From Atractiella rhizophila (lineage: Eukaryota), in assembly GCA_021432655.1 (NCBI GenBank), contig MU271196.1:62001-126000 (forward strand): a stretch of DNA of 64,000 nt, in the 5' to 3' direction. The number at the start of each line of letters is the position of its first letter. The stretch's first letter is position 1. The notes below the pieces were generated by a model. The model made no database searches. It saw only the letters and a program-made list of their open reading frames with translations, and had not been told where the DNA came from. Below are positions 39,647-52,424 of this stretch, piece by piece. The position numbers were made by a program, and so were the translations under genes.

Positions 39647-42371
39647 ATGAGCGGGATGGGACGGCTTTGGGGTTTGCTCGTGACAGTTGGGCTCACTCTA
39701 GGAGTTCCACAGATGAGATTTGCCGGTGCAAGGCATGAAAGCCAAGGGTTGCAGCAAAACTCATTGCAGTTTTCCTTATGTGGAAACGACTATTTCTCGC
39801 CGTTGGCATCACCAATTCTAGAACTTGACCGCCCTCTATTGAATACACTGTCAGTACAGTTAACGATGGCAGCTACGGTGTTGAATATGAAGAATTGGCC
39901 GGGGAAGTCCCTCCAAGATATTCTGCACGAGTTTGGAGAGGTCGACGATGTATTTTGTCATGGATTCTTGGAAAATTTCATGCTTGTTGGAGTCTCACGA
40001 TTAGGGTCTGAGGAAATTAAATTTCTGGGAAGCATCCGGACGAAAAAGGTTATAGTTTTGTGTCCACTCTAGACATCTTACTCAGGCTCTCCGAGGGCAG
40101 CTGTATCTCCCCTTTGACACTATTATTCCTTCTCATCACATGGACACTCTGGACATCGAGCTTTTATCCTCCAAACTTTCCAACTACGGCAGCTATTCAA
40201 CCCTGAATGGCCCGTATATCCTACATACAAACCGACAACATACATTAGCTTTCCATCCAGTTTTCAGGCTCTATGTTGACTCATATGTGAGTGCTTCTTT
40301 ATTTGCTTCATTTATGCAACGAACTGAGGTTCAAAGCGAAATTGCAGCGTACTTTCCTCTCTGGCTCTTTCTCACTCTCCCTTCCCACTTCGCAATCGGT
40401 GTATCACCCGTACACCCAAAATTCTGCCCTCTTCTTTGATCCAGTTATTCCCGTCCCTTCCAGGTTGTACTACCTCAAAGACAAGCGTCCCCTAGCCGGA
40501 AAACGCATCGCAGTGAAGGATATCTATGACGTTAATGGACTGGTGACAGCAGCAGGGAATCGCGCTTGGGCTACCTTCAAAGGAGTCGCCAACGTACGCA
40601 CCTCGTTGCTTCCATATTTTGTAGAATTGCGCTGGTATTGATCGGTGGATCGATGACAGGACACTGCGCGTTCAGTCAAGAAGCTGCTCAATGCTGGTGC
40701 TGTGATTGTTGGGAAGACAAAAACTGCTGAATTCGCTTCAGGCGCTCAGGTATGCTTTTCCACTCTTCACAATGTCCAGCACCGCCGCTTGACTCTGGGA
40801 ATAGGCGTGGGGATGGCTTGAAGTGCAAGTATGTCTTTCTTCTCACCCAACCATCATTTCACATATTTGAGAACAGTATCCATTCAATCCGCGAGGAGAC
40901 GGTTGGCTTTCGTCAGTCTCTCCTTCCCATGAGGAAACACCAGGTCTCACGACACTTCCGCGCAAAGGTGCTCCGCCAGCAGTTCAGGAAGCGCATGCGC
41001 ACTAGCAACATACGAGTGGCTGGACTTCAGCCTGGGAACAGATACAGGACAATCGATCCGGATGCCAGCAAGCTTCGCTGGTTTGCCTGTCCTCTCTTGT
41101 ATTGCCAGTTGGGATTGACTATTGATATGGAGGTGTCTACGGTGGACGGCCTTCAGTTGGAATTGTAGAACTCGATGGGGTTGTGCCGTTGGGCAAGGAT
41201 CAAGACACACTTGGCTTCTTTGCTAGGGACACGAAAGGGTGGAAACAGTTTGCAGAAGTCATGTATGCTCCCTTATTTCAGAGTACTACATCATTTCGAT
41301 GAAGGCTGAAACAGTTTTATGGGAAAAGGTACTCAAACTCGCCAATCAAACTTCATCCCGGTGACATCAATCCACGCAAAATTCTGTACTCCAAGGAGCA
41401 CATCAATCTGACGAATCCGAAGGCGCAGAAGATAATAGACGATTTTGTCTCTATCCTGGAGACTGAATATGGGATGGAGAAACAAGTGGTTAATTTTACG
41501 GAGGTCAGGCTGAAGCACCCCAACAAGGCGATTCACAATTTTAAGGCTATTGATGAGGCAAGGGAAATCCTTGCTACTGATTGGCATTGGGAATTAGTTG
41601 AGAAACCCCTCATAGACTATTGGGGAGCAAGAGAAGATGGAAGGCGAGTCTCGAATTCTGTTACTTCGAATGTGTTAACCACTTCCAAGCAGGTTTCCAA
41701 GGTTCGTCGTACCAACTGACGCTCCTTTTTTTAAGTTCAGTCCAGGCTTGATCCTACATGGAGAGAAGTTTTTTGGGAGAACTCGCAGAAGAACAAGACG
41801 TATACAGACGAAGAGAAGAAGAAGGCTGAGTCGGTCCGAATGGCTTTCGTCAATTTCTTCAACGACGAGTTCCTTGGTGGTGATGCAGAGGACTATTGCT
41901 CGAATGCGATTATGTTATTGCATGAAGGGACACGTGAGTCCATCATATTTTCCTTACGGCCTTTTCTTTCGTTGATGACGTGTTGTTGTGGTTTTGAAGA
42001 GGGTCTGCCAATGTACCGCGAACAGGAACTCAACACGGAAGACAACCATGCTTATGTTTCTCCCTTCGTGGGCAAACGCAATTTGACAGGCTTCGAAGTG
42101 CCTCAATCTATTGCCTCTGCCGCTATGAATCCTGATTTTACTCTAATTTTGGGAGAGGTGGAGTATGAAAGCCAAGTTACACATCATACGGAATGGTTGC
42201 CCGTTGCCGTCAGCGGTAAATATCTACCTTCACTCTCTGGTCATACTTTTTAACATTGCGTTGATGACAGTACTTGCGCGGAGAGGATGTGATTTCATGC
42301 TTTTCCGAATGTTCGATGAGCTGGGAGACAGGGGAGTACTGAAGACTGTGAGGACAGGGAGAAGGATATGA
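39647..42371 (+). CDS. Amidase-signature family enzyme, probably secreted
   Basis: [66 protein letters not shown]; hydrophobic N-terminus. Confidence 0.88.
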
Positions 42372-42511
42372 AGTGAATTATGTTAGAAAATGATTACGCA
42401 CTTCAAAGAGCAATAGTGTCACGTGGGTTTTGATGGCAGGAAGGGTGGACTTTGAGTCTATTTTTTGGCGGACAAGAATTCTAACCTTTGATAACCTGAA
42501 GACGCGTCAAC

Positions 42512-44168
42512 ATGGGCTCCAAGCAGACAAGGTGAGCGTGTGTTCCATTTTCAAGTTTGCAAGGCATTCTAACCTCTTTGGTCTTTGGTCTGTTGCAGAA
42601 AGACCGACTTGTTAGTTCGCGTTCGCTACTCCAACCCACTTCCACCTCCACCGTTTCCTCCAAAACTTCTCAAATACCAAACCTCCGTCACGAGATATTC
42701 GACATATGAGTTCTTAGAGCAGCTTCTAGAGGAAAAAGAGCTGCCCCTGCTCGCAGATGCGGATCAGGGAATGACGGTGGAGCTTGGAATAGCAGGAGGG
42801 CCAAATTACTGGGAAGGAGGACGAGAAGGTGCGTTCTGCCGTCATTAAGACTTGTTGGAGAAGTATAAGTGATGATATGGAATGTTCTGTCGTAGGAATT
42901 GCATTGCGGCCAAATCAAAGGCCACCACTCGATGATGAAGACCTGGAACTCCTCGTCGATCCTACTCCTGCAGTTTCAATCACCTCCACACCACTACTCA
43001 ATGACAAGAGGCCGGAAGTGTCATGGTTGCGACGGACAGAGTATTTGGGAGGGGGAGATCAGATTTCTGGAGGGAAGAAGGGGTTACAGGATGTTACAGG
43101 TTTGCCGCAAAGGTACGTCGCTTTATGTGACATTTGAGGCGTAATGAACAAGATGTTCGGTGGGTAAAGGCATGCGGATGTACGGATTGAGCCAGATACT
43201 GTGTCGATTGATGATCGAATCAAGTCAATCCAGCAGACTTTCCTCGCGGCGAATGCACCTCTCGAACAGCTGCAGCATCCTTTCACGAAGGATGTGGTTC
43301 CCATCGAGTCTTTTCCTTTATTTCCTAACGACGATATGTGGGATACCGAGTACAATATTACAAAGTTTCAAGACTACCCTGGAGAGTCTTCTGACACGGT
43401 GAGTGTAACCTTTCGATCCTTCGTCTACATGCTGAACGTCATTTTGTTACAGCATCTTCAATCCCAAGTTGCGTCGGACAGCCTCGACCCGCGTGTCTCC
43501 TCTGCCCTACTTCGCACGATCGAGGTACCAGGTTTCGACCCCCGCCTATCACTCTACCTAGCGGACGAAGAATCCCTGGCCAGCGAATTCTCCGAGCTCA
43601 AGCTGAAATGCAAGCTTCCTCGCCCGCGCGAGTCCCCCAACGACCCCGACGGAGCTGTACCAGAGGCGACCAGCAGTGAGACTGCCACCATTCCATTCCA
43701 CCAAGTGCGAGATTACGAAGCGCCCACCTACCGTCGACTGCGTTCTGAGTATATTGTCACCTTTGATCAGTCTTTGGAGGCGGCGGAGGTGGAGGATGAT
43801 TTTGAGGAGGATGAGGAGAGCGCGAGTGCGAAGGCGAAAAATAGAGAGAGGGGAGCCTACTTTGTTCCTTTGGAAGCTTTGCAAGTGCTTCGCAGGCGCA
43901 GACGGGACGTAAGTCTACCCTCTGACTCCATTGTGGAACGCATAATAACCGATTTGTGCTGTTCTAGGATCCGCAAGCAGAACAAGAGTTCAAGCAGTAT
44001 GCAGAGGAGTCCGGCGTGGAATATTACGACTTCCTTAACGTCCGATGGGGAAAGCCGCTCTCTTCGATTGCAGAGGAAGAGGCACGTATCGCAGAAAAGA
44101 AGAGCATCTTCATTCCGCCTGACGCACGTGTACTTGATGCAGAGATGGGAGCGAGGAGAGCGGAATGA
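42512..44168 (+). CDS. PAF1: RNA polymerase II-associated factor Paf1
   Basis: DLLVRVRYSNPLPPPPFPPKLL, LDDEDLELL, VSWLRRTEYL, IKSIQQTF...LQHP. Confidence 0.93.
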
Positions 44169-44314
44169 TGAGGTGGTTCATTGGAAGCAGAATATATAGT
44201 ATGCGTAATAGTACTGCGATGTGCAATTGTTGTACAATTTGGAACGGCAGAGCTTCCAATCGTCGAAATTAGGCAATTAAGAATGCTATACTTTTGGGTA
44301 TGCCTGTCACTAAT

Positions 44315-46309
44315 CTAAAGGTAGGCTTTTTGGGACCTCCGTGCAATCTGGCATCATCCAGTACGTGAGCTTCCCATTGCTACTTCGCTGGAGGAGAGAG
44401 AACAACGTACGTCAATAACCTTCCATCCACCCGTCATCTCATTATCCAGCTCCTCCTCCACCCTCGTAATAATCATCACATAACCACACTGATCTATCGA
44501 ATGTTCGTCTCCCTCCACCACCTCCCCAGTCTTTGGATTGCGGAAAGCAAGGATCTCTTGTGTCCGGAACGAAATGATGAAGACTGGCACATCCTTCTCT
44601 TCTAGGACCTTTGCGCTCATCACGTCTACACCACGAATGTCTAGCACACGGGAATCACTGATGAGGCCGCGTTGCAGGTATGGCTGGATGGAGGCGGTAA
44701 GGACGTTGTATGTCTGTCATAGGTCGTGAATCAACATCAAAATTTGGGAGAAAAAGGTAAGACATACCCCCTCAGAACACCATTGTTTAAGTGTCTTCAA
44801 ATCTCCTTGAATGAAAGCATCCACGATTTCTGGGACAATGTACTCTCTCAACTCCTTCGTAAATTCTTCCATCCGGAAATTAGGATCAAGAGTCTTGACC
44901 CATTTGACGACTTTAGCAGTCTCCGTCTCTTCTGTTATGCGACCTAAGGAGTGGGAGATGGACCGGACCGTTGCGATGAAGGAATTGTCAGACTCTTGGA
45001 AACTAGTTGACATCTTCGAAAACATATCAGCCACAGGACGTGGGGTCATGTCAGCAATTCGAGAACTGATGGTGGGCTTCTCTTCCACAGGTTTCCAGAC
45101 GAGCGCGTGCCCAGCACTTTACATCATTCAACTTGTCAATATCTACCAGTTACAATGAGGAAAATAACGTACTCGGGGTTCGCTTCCACCTTCCGCCTGG
45201 CAGCTAACCCTCCCTCCCCTTTGCCCAACTTCCGAAGACGTTCCTCCCTCCTCCTTCTCCTCGTCTCCTTTTCGACGAACCCTCCGTATCGGGTGTTCGA
45301 AAGTGCGTCGTCCACCGCTTCGTTGACGTGAGATGCAATTTCTTTATATGTCTCCGTGTTTCGCACAGGCTCGGTGGCCGTTAGAACAGCCGAAGAGACC
45401 GCCTGAGAAGCCTTTTGCACCTGTCCCACCAAGGGTGAGCAAATGAAGGATCAGAGATTGAGATGAAAATGAAGACGTACTGCTTCCCGACCGCCTTTGA
45501 TATACTTGTTCTCCGCCATAGCATCCATTGCCTCGTTAACCGCATCGCCGACTTTGCCGCCTGCTTTACGAAGCTCCTCGGCGGCAGCTCGAAGACGCGG
45601 ATTTTCTCGAATGCTACTCGTCAGCTAAGATATAATGTATCAGTACTTGATCATGGAAGTTGAATAGGAGGCAATGCAGAAGGAAGTTGGCTGGGAAATG
45701 CCATTTTGTCATCAGCACGTCCTCTCTGTTGCGAGGATTCGTTGGCATTAACAGACGAGGTTAGGTAGGAAATAAAATCCTTGTATAAGGGTAATTGCAT
45801 AATCGGCACAAGTTCAATGCACCTGCCACAATGGAATAGCAAGCCACGGAGACGAGAATTGTTGGATGAGGTGCATCAAGTCAAACCTTTACAGGCGAAC
45901 CAAGTTGGTGGCTAAAATATCCACCAACCATACGTCAAAAAGCTTCTATTGCATGAGTTTTCTCGGTCTCTTGTGTGTTCTAACCAGCCAACCAGCCAAT
46001 CTTCTTTCTATAGTGAAAAATGCCAACACTCACCCTAGCCCTCTCGTAAACCTCCCTGGCTTTTTTCATCGCTTCAGCATCTTGAACCTTCTGCGCCTCT
46101 CCCTGCAGCTGCTTGATATTGTCCTGCCACTCTCTACTTTTCGCAATCTCCTCCTTCAACACCTCCACGAAGACGGCAAATGGACTTTTTCCTGGCCCTC
46201 CAGCGCCACTGCCTCCGCCTGTAGTTGACTGGTAGCGCACATAGCGATGGAATGGTATGGAGGTCTGACGGGTGAAGGTGCTGAGAGACGAGAGAGCGCG
46301 CTTGGACAT
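44315..46309 (-). CDS. TIM44: Mitochondrial import translocase subunit Tim44
   Basis: Arg/Ser-rich presequence, KSPFAVFVEVLKEEI, YGGFVEKETRR, LREYIVPEIVDA, WCSE, PVFIISFRTQE, TGGWKVID; 409-nt first intron at 45625-46033. Confidence 0.95.
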
Positions 46310-46467
46310 TGTTAGCGGTTGGAGAAATTCTGCGTGACAATTACAGTCCAACTAGAGACTAAAGTACTTCATCAAACGACAACTGCTGCGGGAAAACATT
46401 GCAAGTCTTCTGTAAAGCTTACGAAACCTCATTTGAAGCCTTTTGTGTGAGAAGCCTCATCGTACAA

Positions 46468-48203
46468 ATGGATTTTGAGTTGCAAATACCAACGGAAATT
46501 CTTGACATCATATTTGAAAAACTCGGGGAGGATCTAGCCTCTTCCAGTAAAGCTTGCTATGCGTCTCTCATGCTTGTTTGTAAGGTGAGCCACTTGATGT
46601 ATTCAGAGAAAAGGGACAGATGAATGTTGGCTAGCGTTGGTGTTCCGTCGGTCAGAAACATATCTTTCGTAACATTGACATGCCTGGCACTTTCGTTCGG
46701 AGCAGAGGGGGTTCCCGCAGTTTTCAATTCTATCAAGCACTTGACTTCTTATGGCTCCTTCGCAGAAAACCTGCTTTCGCTGCGCTTGTGAAAACCGCTC
46801 AGTGGACAGAACCTTCTCCAAATGTGCTTTTAAATTCTGTTTTTGCGCCGAACGGTGTCGTACAACACTTTTTCAACATTGCGACGAATATTGTGGATCT
46901 TTCCATCCTCACGGGGGGACAAACTTCCGAAACAACGTCACCGGTGATCTTTCCTGCCTTACCAGCACTTGAACGTTTAACCTATCACGCTTACACCTCT
47001 CGCCCAATGTTTCTGAGCACTTTTCCGAAACTTCACTGCTCGAGGAAGTTACAAAAGCTTGTTCTTGAAGGGTGCATCTTACTTCCGGCATCTCAACCGG
47101 TTTTCACAGATTCGCCAACTTCCCCAGGTCTGTGTAAATTGGTCATCAGAGGACCATTCGATTTTCCAACATGGTCTACAGTCCTTTTTGGAGAGAAGTT
47201 GTGCGGCTCTTTGCAGTCTCTGAATGTGGAAGTTGACTCGATATCTTGGGACAACCTTGTCGCATTCGTCACTGCCTTGAAGGACACTCTCCAATACCTT
47301 AAGATTGTTATCGTCAATGACTATTCGCCGTCAAACTTGAACAAAACTCTTCCCATCCTCCCACATCTTCGAATCCTTAAGTTGGAAACTCCCGTTCATT
47401 GGCCAGAGCTGTCGTACCAAGATTTGGTACCACACATTTTTCAACATCCACAGATGGAGCAGTTTGACGCTTCAAATTTGGGCATCAAGAGTGATGGAGA
47501 CGAACGGCATGAGTCTGGCCTCCTGCGATTACGGTCATTCAGACTGATCTGCCAAAGTATTGACCCCGAATTTCTGGCGAGAATGCTCCTACCTTGTTCC
47601 ACTTTGCGACACATTGCGTTTGCCTATTCTATAGCATATGCCGAGAATGTTGCAAAGTACAATCAGCTTATCAAAATGCTCTCTCAATCTTCTCTGGCTG
47701 CTAGCTTGTCCATTAATCTTTCCTTTACACACTTGGCCCAAGGAGGAGCTAATCGTCACCAAATCACGCACGCATTTTGCATTTCAACAAGTTTGGCTGA
47801 TTTCAAACAAGTAACGTTTTTCTTTCTTGACTACGCCCCTGCAACAGCTATATACGTCTATACCGAACTTCTTAAACTGGTCTCGCTCAATAGCAGATCT
47901 TTGCAGCACCTCTACCTCTATCTTTCACATTCTGTTCAGCCAATTAACCGGTACAGTCATGACGGGAGTCCACCAGTCAGTATCCTGAAATTTTTGGTTG
48001 CAGTATCCTACGTCTTATCGGACCAGGGATGTCTACCAGGACTTCAAAATTTGGCTGTGATGGTGGATGTCCGAGAAGCTAAAGCAGACGAGTGGGCAGC
48101 GACTGATGAGGCCGTTAGTGCTGTTACACTTCTGGAGAAAGCATTTGAAGCCAGAGGTGCAAAATTGCTCGTAGATTTTGGTTCTCTCCCCTGGCGCTCT
48201 TAA
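46468..48203 (+). CDS. F-box-like / LRR-like protein, family B copy 2
   Basis: MDFELQIPTEILDIIFEKL...LMLVCK; shares FAPNGxVQHFFNIATNIVDLSI and AKYNQLI with copy 1; same intron position. Confidence 0.8.
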
Positions 48204-48339
48204 CTCTCAACTTGATTGTATTCAGGAATAGAACCCTCCGTTGTGGTGTTGGGGTACCGTGCTATGCTGTAAAGTCAGTGCAATTACAAAGTATAATCCC
48301 AAAGACGTAAAGACATTCATTACTATCCTGAACTGAGCA

Positions 48340-48585
48340 CCAGAAACCTTCTTTGATGTCAAGATGGACAGCCTTCTTCCTTTCCAGCTGCGCAAAATAG
48401 CAAATGACACATAGCCTTTCTCCCACTCCTGATTTGCACAGTAAATGAAGATTCCCTCTCCCTGACAGATTTTGTCAGCACATTTGTCACTACGACTTGC
48501 GCCAGAAAACACACTCGATGGGTAAATGAAGAGTTCAACAAAGCGACCGCCTTAATTTCGCTCTCAGAGTTCAACCACCTCGTTT
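48340..48585 (-). pseudogene. Relic duplicate of the last two FMO exons and the intron between them
   Basis: Collinear with about 48720-48960 (WLNSESE vs WLNYESE; IFIYCANQEWEKGYVS vs IFVYYANQEWEEDYVS), with frameshifts. Confidence 0.8.
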
Positions 48586-48681
48586 TGTGAACTCCCCATA
48601 ACCCAAAGCTGTTCACCCTGTCCACACAAAGATCTGTACAATTACAAAGAATGGTCGCGACGCCATGCGAGTAAGACATAT

Positions 48682-50759
48682 TCACCACTCGGCCTCGCTC
48701 TCCTCCACTGCGCTCCAGAACTCTTCATTCCTACCAGAATGAATTGCCTGCTTCCTCTCCGCCTGGGTAAAGTTACCAAGAGATACATAGTCTTCTTCCC
48801 ATTCTTGATTTGCATAATACACAAAGATTTCCCTCTCCCTGACAGAATTTATCAACATCGTGTGGGATCAGCACAACATGAGACAAAAAGACCCACTCGA
48901 TGGGTAGGGGTTCGACAAAGCGACCTCCGTACTTTTCACTCTCATAGTTCAACCAGCTCACATACCTCCTAATCGCTCTCTCGCTCCCCGGACTCGCGTG
49001 GACGCCGTTATACGCTCCTCTAAGTCCGCCCTGTGGCCCACTGTATTCTTTCCAGAGTTTCGCAGTCGAAGGGAGGAATGCTGTGCCTTCGAAAACTTTG
49101 GCGATGGCGACAGTCTGGTAGCGACCGATAGTCCAGGGCCGCACTATCCAGGGTAAGAAAAGGCAGACAGTTGGATAACGGACTCACCGTTCGTAAACAC
49201 CAGCGATGGGTCAGGAATGTAGAAGCCATTCCATGAAAGTGAATGAAGTGACTTCCCATCAGTCAGTATTGGTGCAGTCTTCGACCCACTCTGGGCGATA
49301 GTCCTTCGTTGCAATTTTAGCCTGGACGCAAAGAACAAGAAGCAAATACTAACGAGTTATGGTACTCCCTTAAGAAGGGATTTGATCGCCTATACCCTGT
49401 AGCAAGGATGACCTCGTCGATGCCTTCGAGCGTTCTTCCGTCCACGAATGTTATCTTCCCCTGCCTCAGACTACCGGCTGAGGAGGCAGATAACGGGAGC
49501 GGAGAGAAGGAAGAAATGGCAGGGAAATGAATTGTGGAGTTGGGGAATCGACGAAGGGAGCGACGTGCAAAAGGCGTAAGATTCTCGTGCGGCTAAGTCC
49601 AGAGTTTCAGCAGATGGAGTGGTGTAAAGAGCCGAGAACGCACCCTAATACTAGCATAAAGATTTTTAACATGAGGAGCAAGCTCTAGGGCAATTTCTGA
49701 GCCTGAAACTGAACCTCCCACGATAAGGACATTCTGTCAAACCCCTGCATCAGAAAATGGTGGGAAAAGGATGCAGTAAGCACCTTTCCAGTCAGTTCTT
49801 GTGGTCGTCTATAATTCCTGGAATGCCACACCTTCCACCTCCCCTCCGAATCTTTCACGCTCCACCATTCCTTCAATCCATCAATATCTGGCAGATAGCT
49901 CGAATCATATGCTCCGGTTGCAACGACGACCGCATCAAACTCTTCTTCCCAGTAGTTCGCTTGCAGAGCCTTTCCATCTTGGACCCAGGTCAATTTTCGT
50001 AGAAGGAGTGACCAAGTTGTGTTTCCTTTGTGAAGAGATTCAACTCGTGTGTTGTAGGAGTGGACAGCACGGGTGTACGGATATGGAGGGAGGTCGTTAG
50101 AAGAGAGGGAGTGGAAGGCAGCATACGATCGGACGTGAGAGTGGATGTGCGATTGGTGTAGGACCCAGGACTGCAAAGGGGGTAAGTTAGTAGGGAGGAG
50201 TCGAAGGCAGAAAGTGAAAGGACGAACGTGATCTTTAGGATAAGGTACGTCTGGCATTTGAGTGATGACCTAACAGCATGAATTCATACCGATATTAGTA
50301 GGAGAACACAGTACTTACACTTGGACTATTGGTATGTAAACCCTCCCAGACTGGAGATGGCCAGACATGATCCCTCCACCTGTCGCCCAGGGTCCATCCG
50401 CCATCACCTTCCCTCCAAATCTTTTTGGTCGGTAGTTCCTCCGGAATGTCTCGCTCATATCCTCGTTCGATCAACTTCTTCTGAGGATATTCCTCCCTCA
50501 CAGGACGCAAGAATGGTTGGTAGTTCCAGTTTCCTCCAGGATCGGAGCCACGGTCGAATAAGCGAACTGTGAAGTTATGCTTTAACAGAGTCGACGCTGC
50601 TTGCAGGCCAGAAACTCCAGCACCAATGACGGCAACGCGGTTGATTGCGGTCGGGAAGTGGTAGAAATCGTCTTCGGCGCCTGAGGAAAAGATATATTGC
50701 TGTTGAGGAAGCGCACACGCAATCCTCAGAACTGAGGCTGCGAATAGTGGAAAATGCAT
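48682..50759 (-). CDS. Flavin-containing monooxygenase (FMO-like)
   Basis: VAVIGAGVSG (FAD binding), PGGNW, SPVWEGLHTNSP, FDAVVVATG, WHSRNYR, VLIVGGSVSGSEIA (NADP binding), VILATGY. Confidence 0.92.
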
Positions 50760-51723
50760 TTTGTCTTTTATCGCACGGCGAGTGCACTTGAAACAACTCA
50801 AAGTGGCTGCCGTGCTTTTAAAGCTTCATGAGCTCCATGGAGAATTGCAGCCGAATCCAGCATCAATTGATAAGATTACCGATACAGTAGATGCACCCTC
50901 AAGCGGAATTTACACGCCTTTGCACGCCTCATTACGCCATTAGGTCAAAAAATGATGTTCATTTCGCTTCATCTTCTTACAAAAACGACTCAGAAAGCTG
51001 ACCTATTTGCTCATTTCCTGCACAACGCACAACGAGCCGCCGCGGCTCCTGTCACTGCAGAATGTAGTGTAAGGGATCGGTCCCCGCATCCGCATCCATT
51101 CTCAACCCTTGCTATCTCTGCCCAAATTGTATATGCATCGACCTAACCCAATAGATGCTTACACGGGGACATCATGGATGTAACAGTGGCGCTGAGGTAG
51201 CGGCAGGAACTGCCTCCAGTTGAACCCTTTCCCATGACAGGGTCGCAAATATATGGCCACGGCCTTCTTCTTCGTGTTGTCGAGCTATCCCAGCTCGATT
51301 TGTATTCTTCCCTCCAACTAAATAAATCATAGAGAACGAGCTCGATTCTCCTGGAAGTGCAACGCAGCCAGATAATGCTGAGAAATTGAACATTCGCTTC
51401 ATAGGTGTAGGTGGTCACAATTCCTGAGGACTATACTGGATCTTGAATGCTGTCGGTCATACCTGAAACTCTTGAAGTGGAGGACCATGGATCAAATAAC
51501 AGATGGGTTAAACCTCGATCCCAGGTTTAGCAAAGCTTAAGTAATTATAAAATGAAGATATTAATCTGTAAATTAGTAGTCGGCAAGTATTTCTAGTTCG
51601 ACGGCTGCACTCTACTCCTCTCGCTTCAGTGTTGCGTGTATTCTCAATTGTGCCAATAATTTTATAAATTGCAGACAGGTCACTTCCTATTTCTTTTTTC
51701 AAACAAATTTGAAGAAAAAGGAA

Positions 51724-51863
51724 AATTGTACGACAATCTCAACCCCACCCTCCCCACTCGAAGGAGAAAGATGGTTATTCTCAATAGCTGCCACAAATCA
51801 GTGTTGCCCCCTCACCAGGAACCCGCTACCCTTGGAATGAGGCGCGGGGCAGAATGGGGGCGT
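51724..51863 (-). ncRNA. Box H/ACA snoRNA, double guide
   Basis: Two hairpins with pockets and a terminal ACA+3 nt. Pocket 1 (UCUG / CCUGGUGA) fits SSU UCACCAGG-UC-CAGA; pocket 2 (UUGAGAA / GGUUGAG) fits LSU CUCAACC-UA-UUCUCAA; both lie 15 nt from their box. The H box is a variant (ACACUG). Confidence 0.8.
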
Positions 51864-52116
51864 CCTTAATTTCAAGTCTCAAATAAAAAGTCACAAGGAA
51901 AGACAGAAGTAAGCTTTGCAGTTTGACCGACCTACGACTTTGTGAAGAAAGAGCGGACCTTCACTTGCAACCTCCCACCTTGTCCTATCGTTCTCCAAAT
52001 CGTGTAGAGTAAACCATCCATTTCATTCCCTATCACTCCTGGTATGATAAATAAGAACCTGTTCAAGAGTTCGTCAGCTCTAATACGTACACTAAAGAGA
52101 GTGCAGGGAGACGATG

Positions 52117-52235
52117 GGGAATCAGCCGAAGAATAATAGGTAGCGAGCTTTTTCGTCAATGTCGCTCCTGTCCACCAATAAATCGGCTTCAAGGAGCGAC
52201 TACAGCCAAATGCACTCATGGTCATCATGTTTCCC
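52117..52235 (-). ncRNA. snR13: Box C/D snoRNA, snR13 homolog
   Basis: Terminal stem GGGAA/UUCCC, C box AUGAUGA, D box CUGA; AUGAGUGCAUUUGGCU and GCUACCU are complementary to LSU AGGUAGCCAAAUGCCUC and match yeast snR13 as I recall it. Confidence 0.88.
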
Positions 52236-52424
52236 ACTTCCCTCGCTTCTCCCTGGCACAGAGAGAAAAAACTCACCCTCATCTCATCGTTTGAAGAAAG
52301 AAAGAAAATTGAAAATTTTGGAAGGCTTTTATGCATAGAGCCCTAACCCTATTCCTTTGTTCCTCCTCCACCTCCCTTGGACCTCGCTTGGACAGACAGA
52401 TATTCATCAGGCTGCATTTGCTCC

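Larger units (their letters stand above)
51500..52330 (-). ncRNA. Probable non-coding snoRNA host transcript (ends approximate)
   Basis: Two GT-AG introns (52058-52276 and 51605-51958), each containing one snoRNA; exons are short and AT-rich with no recognisable ORF; divergent from NOSIP. Confidence 0.65.

Noticed and set aside
45690..45755. SECIS element or C/D snoRNA in the TIM44 intron
   Set aside because: No proper UGA/GA quartet geometry; the only CUGA coincides with the branch site and there is no terminal stem or rRNA complement.
51143..51490. Possible decayed coding fragment on the - strand
   Set aside because: Short overlapping ORFs with no family I can recognise.
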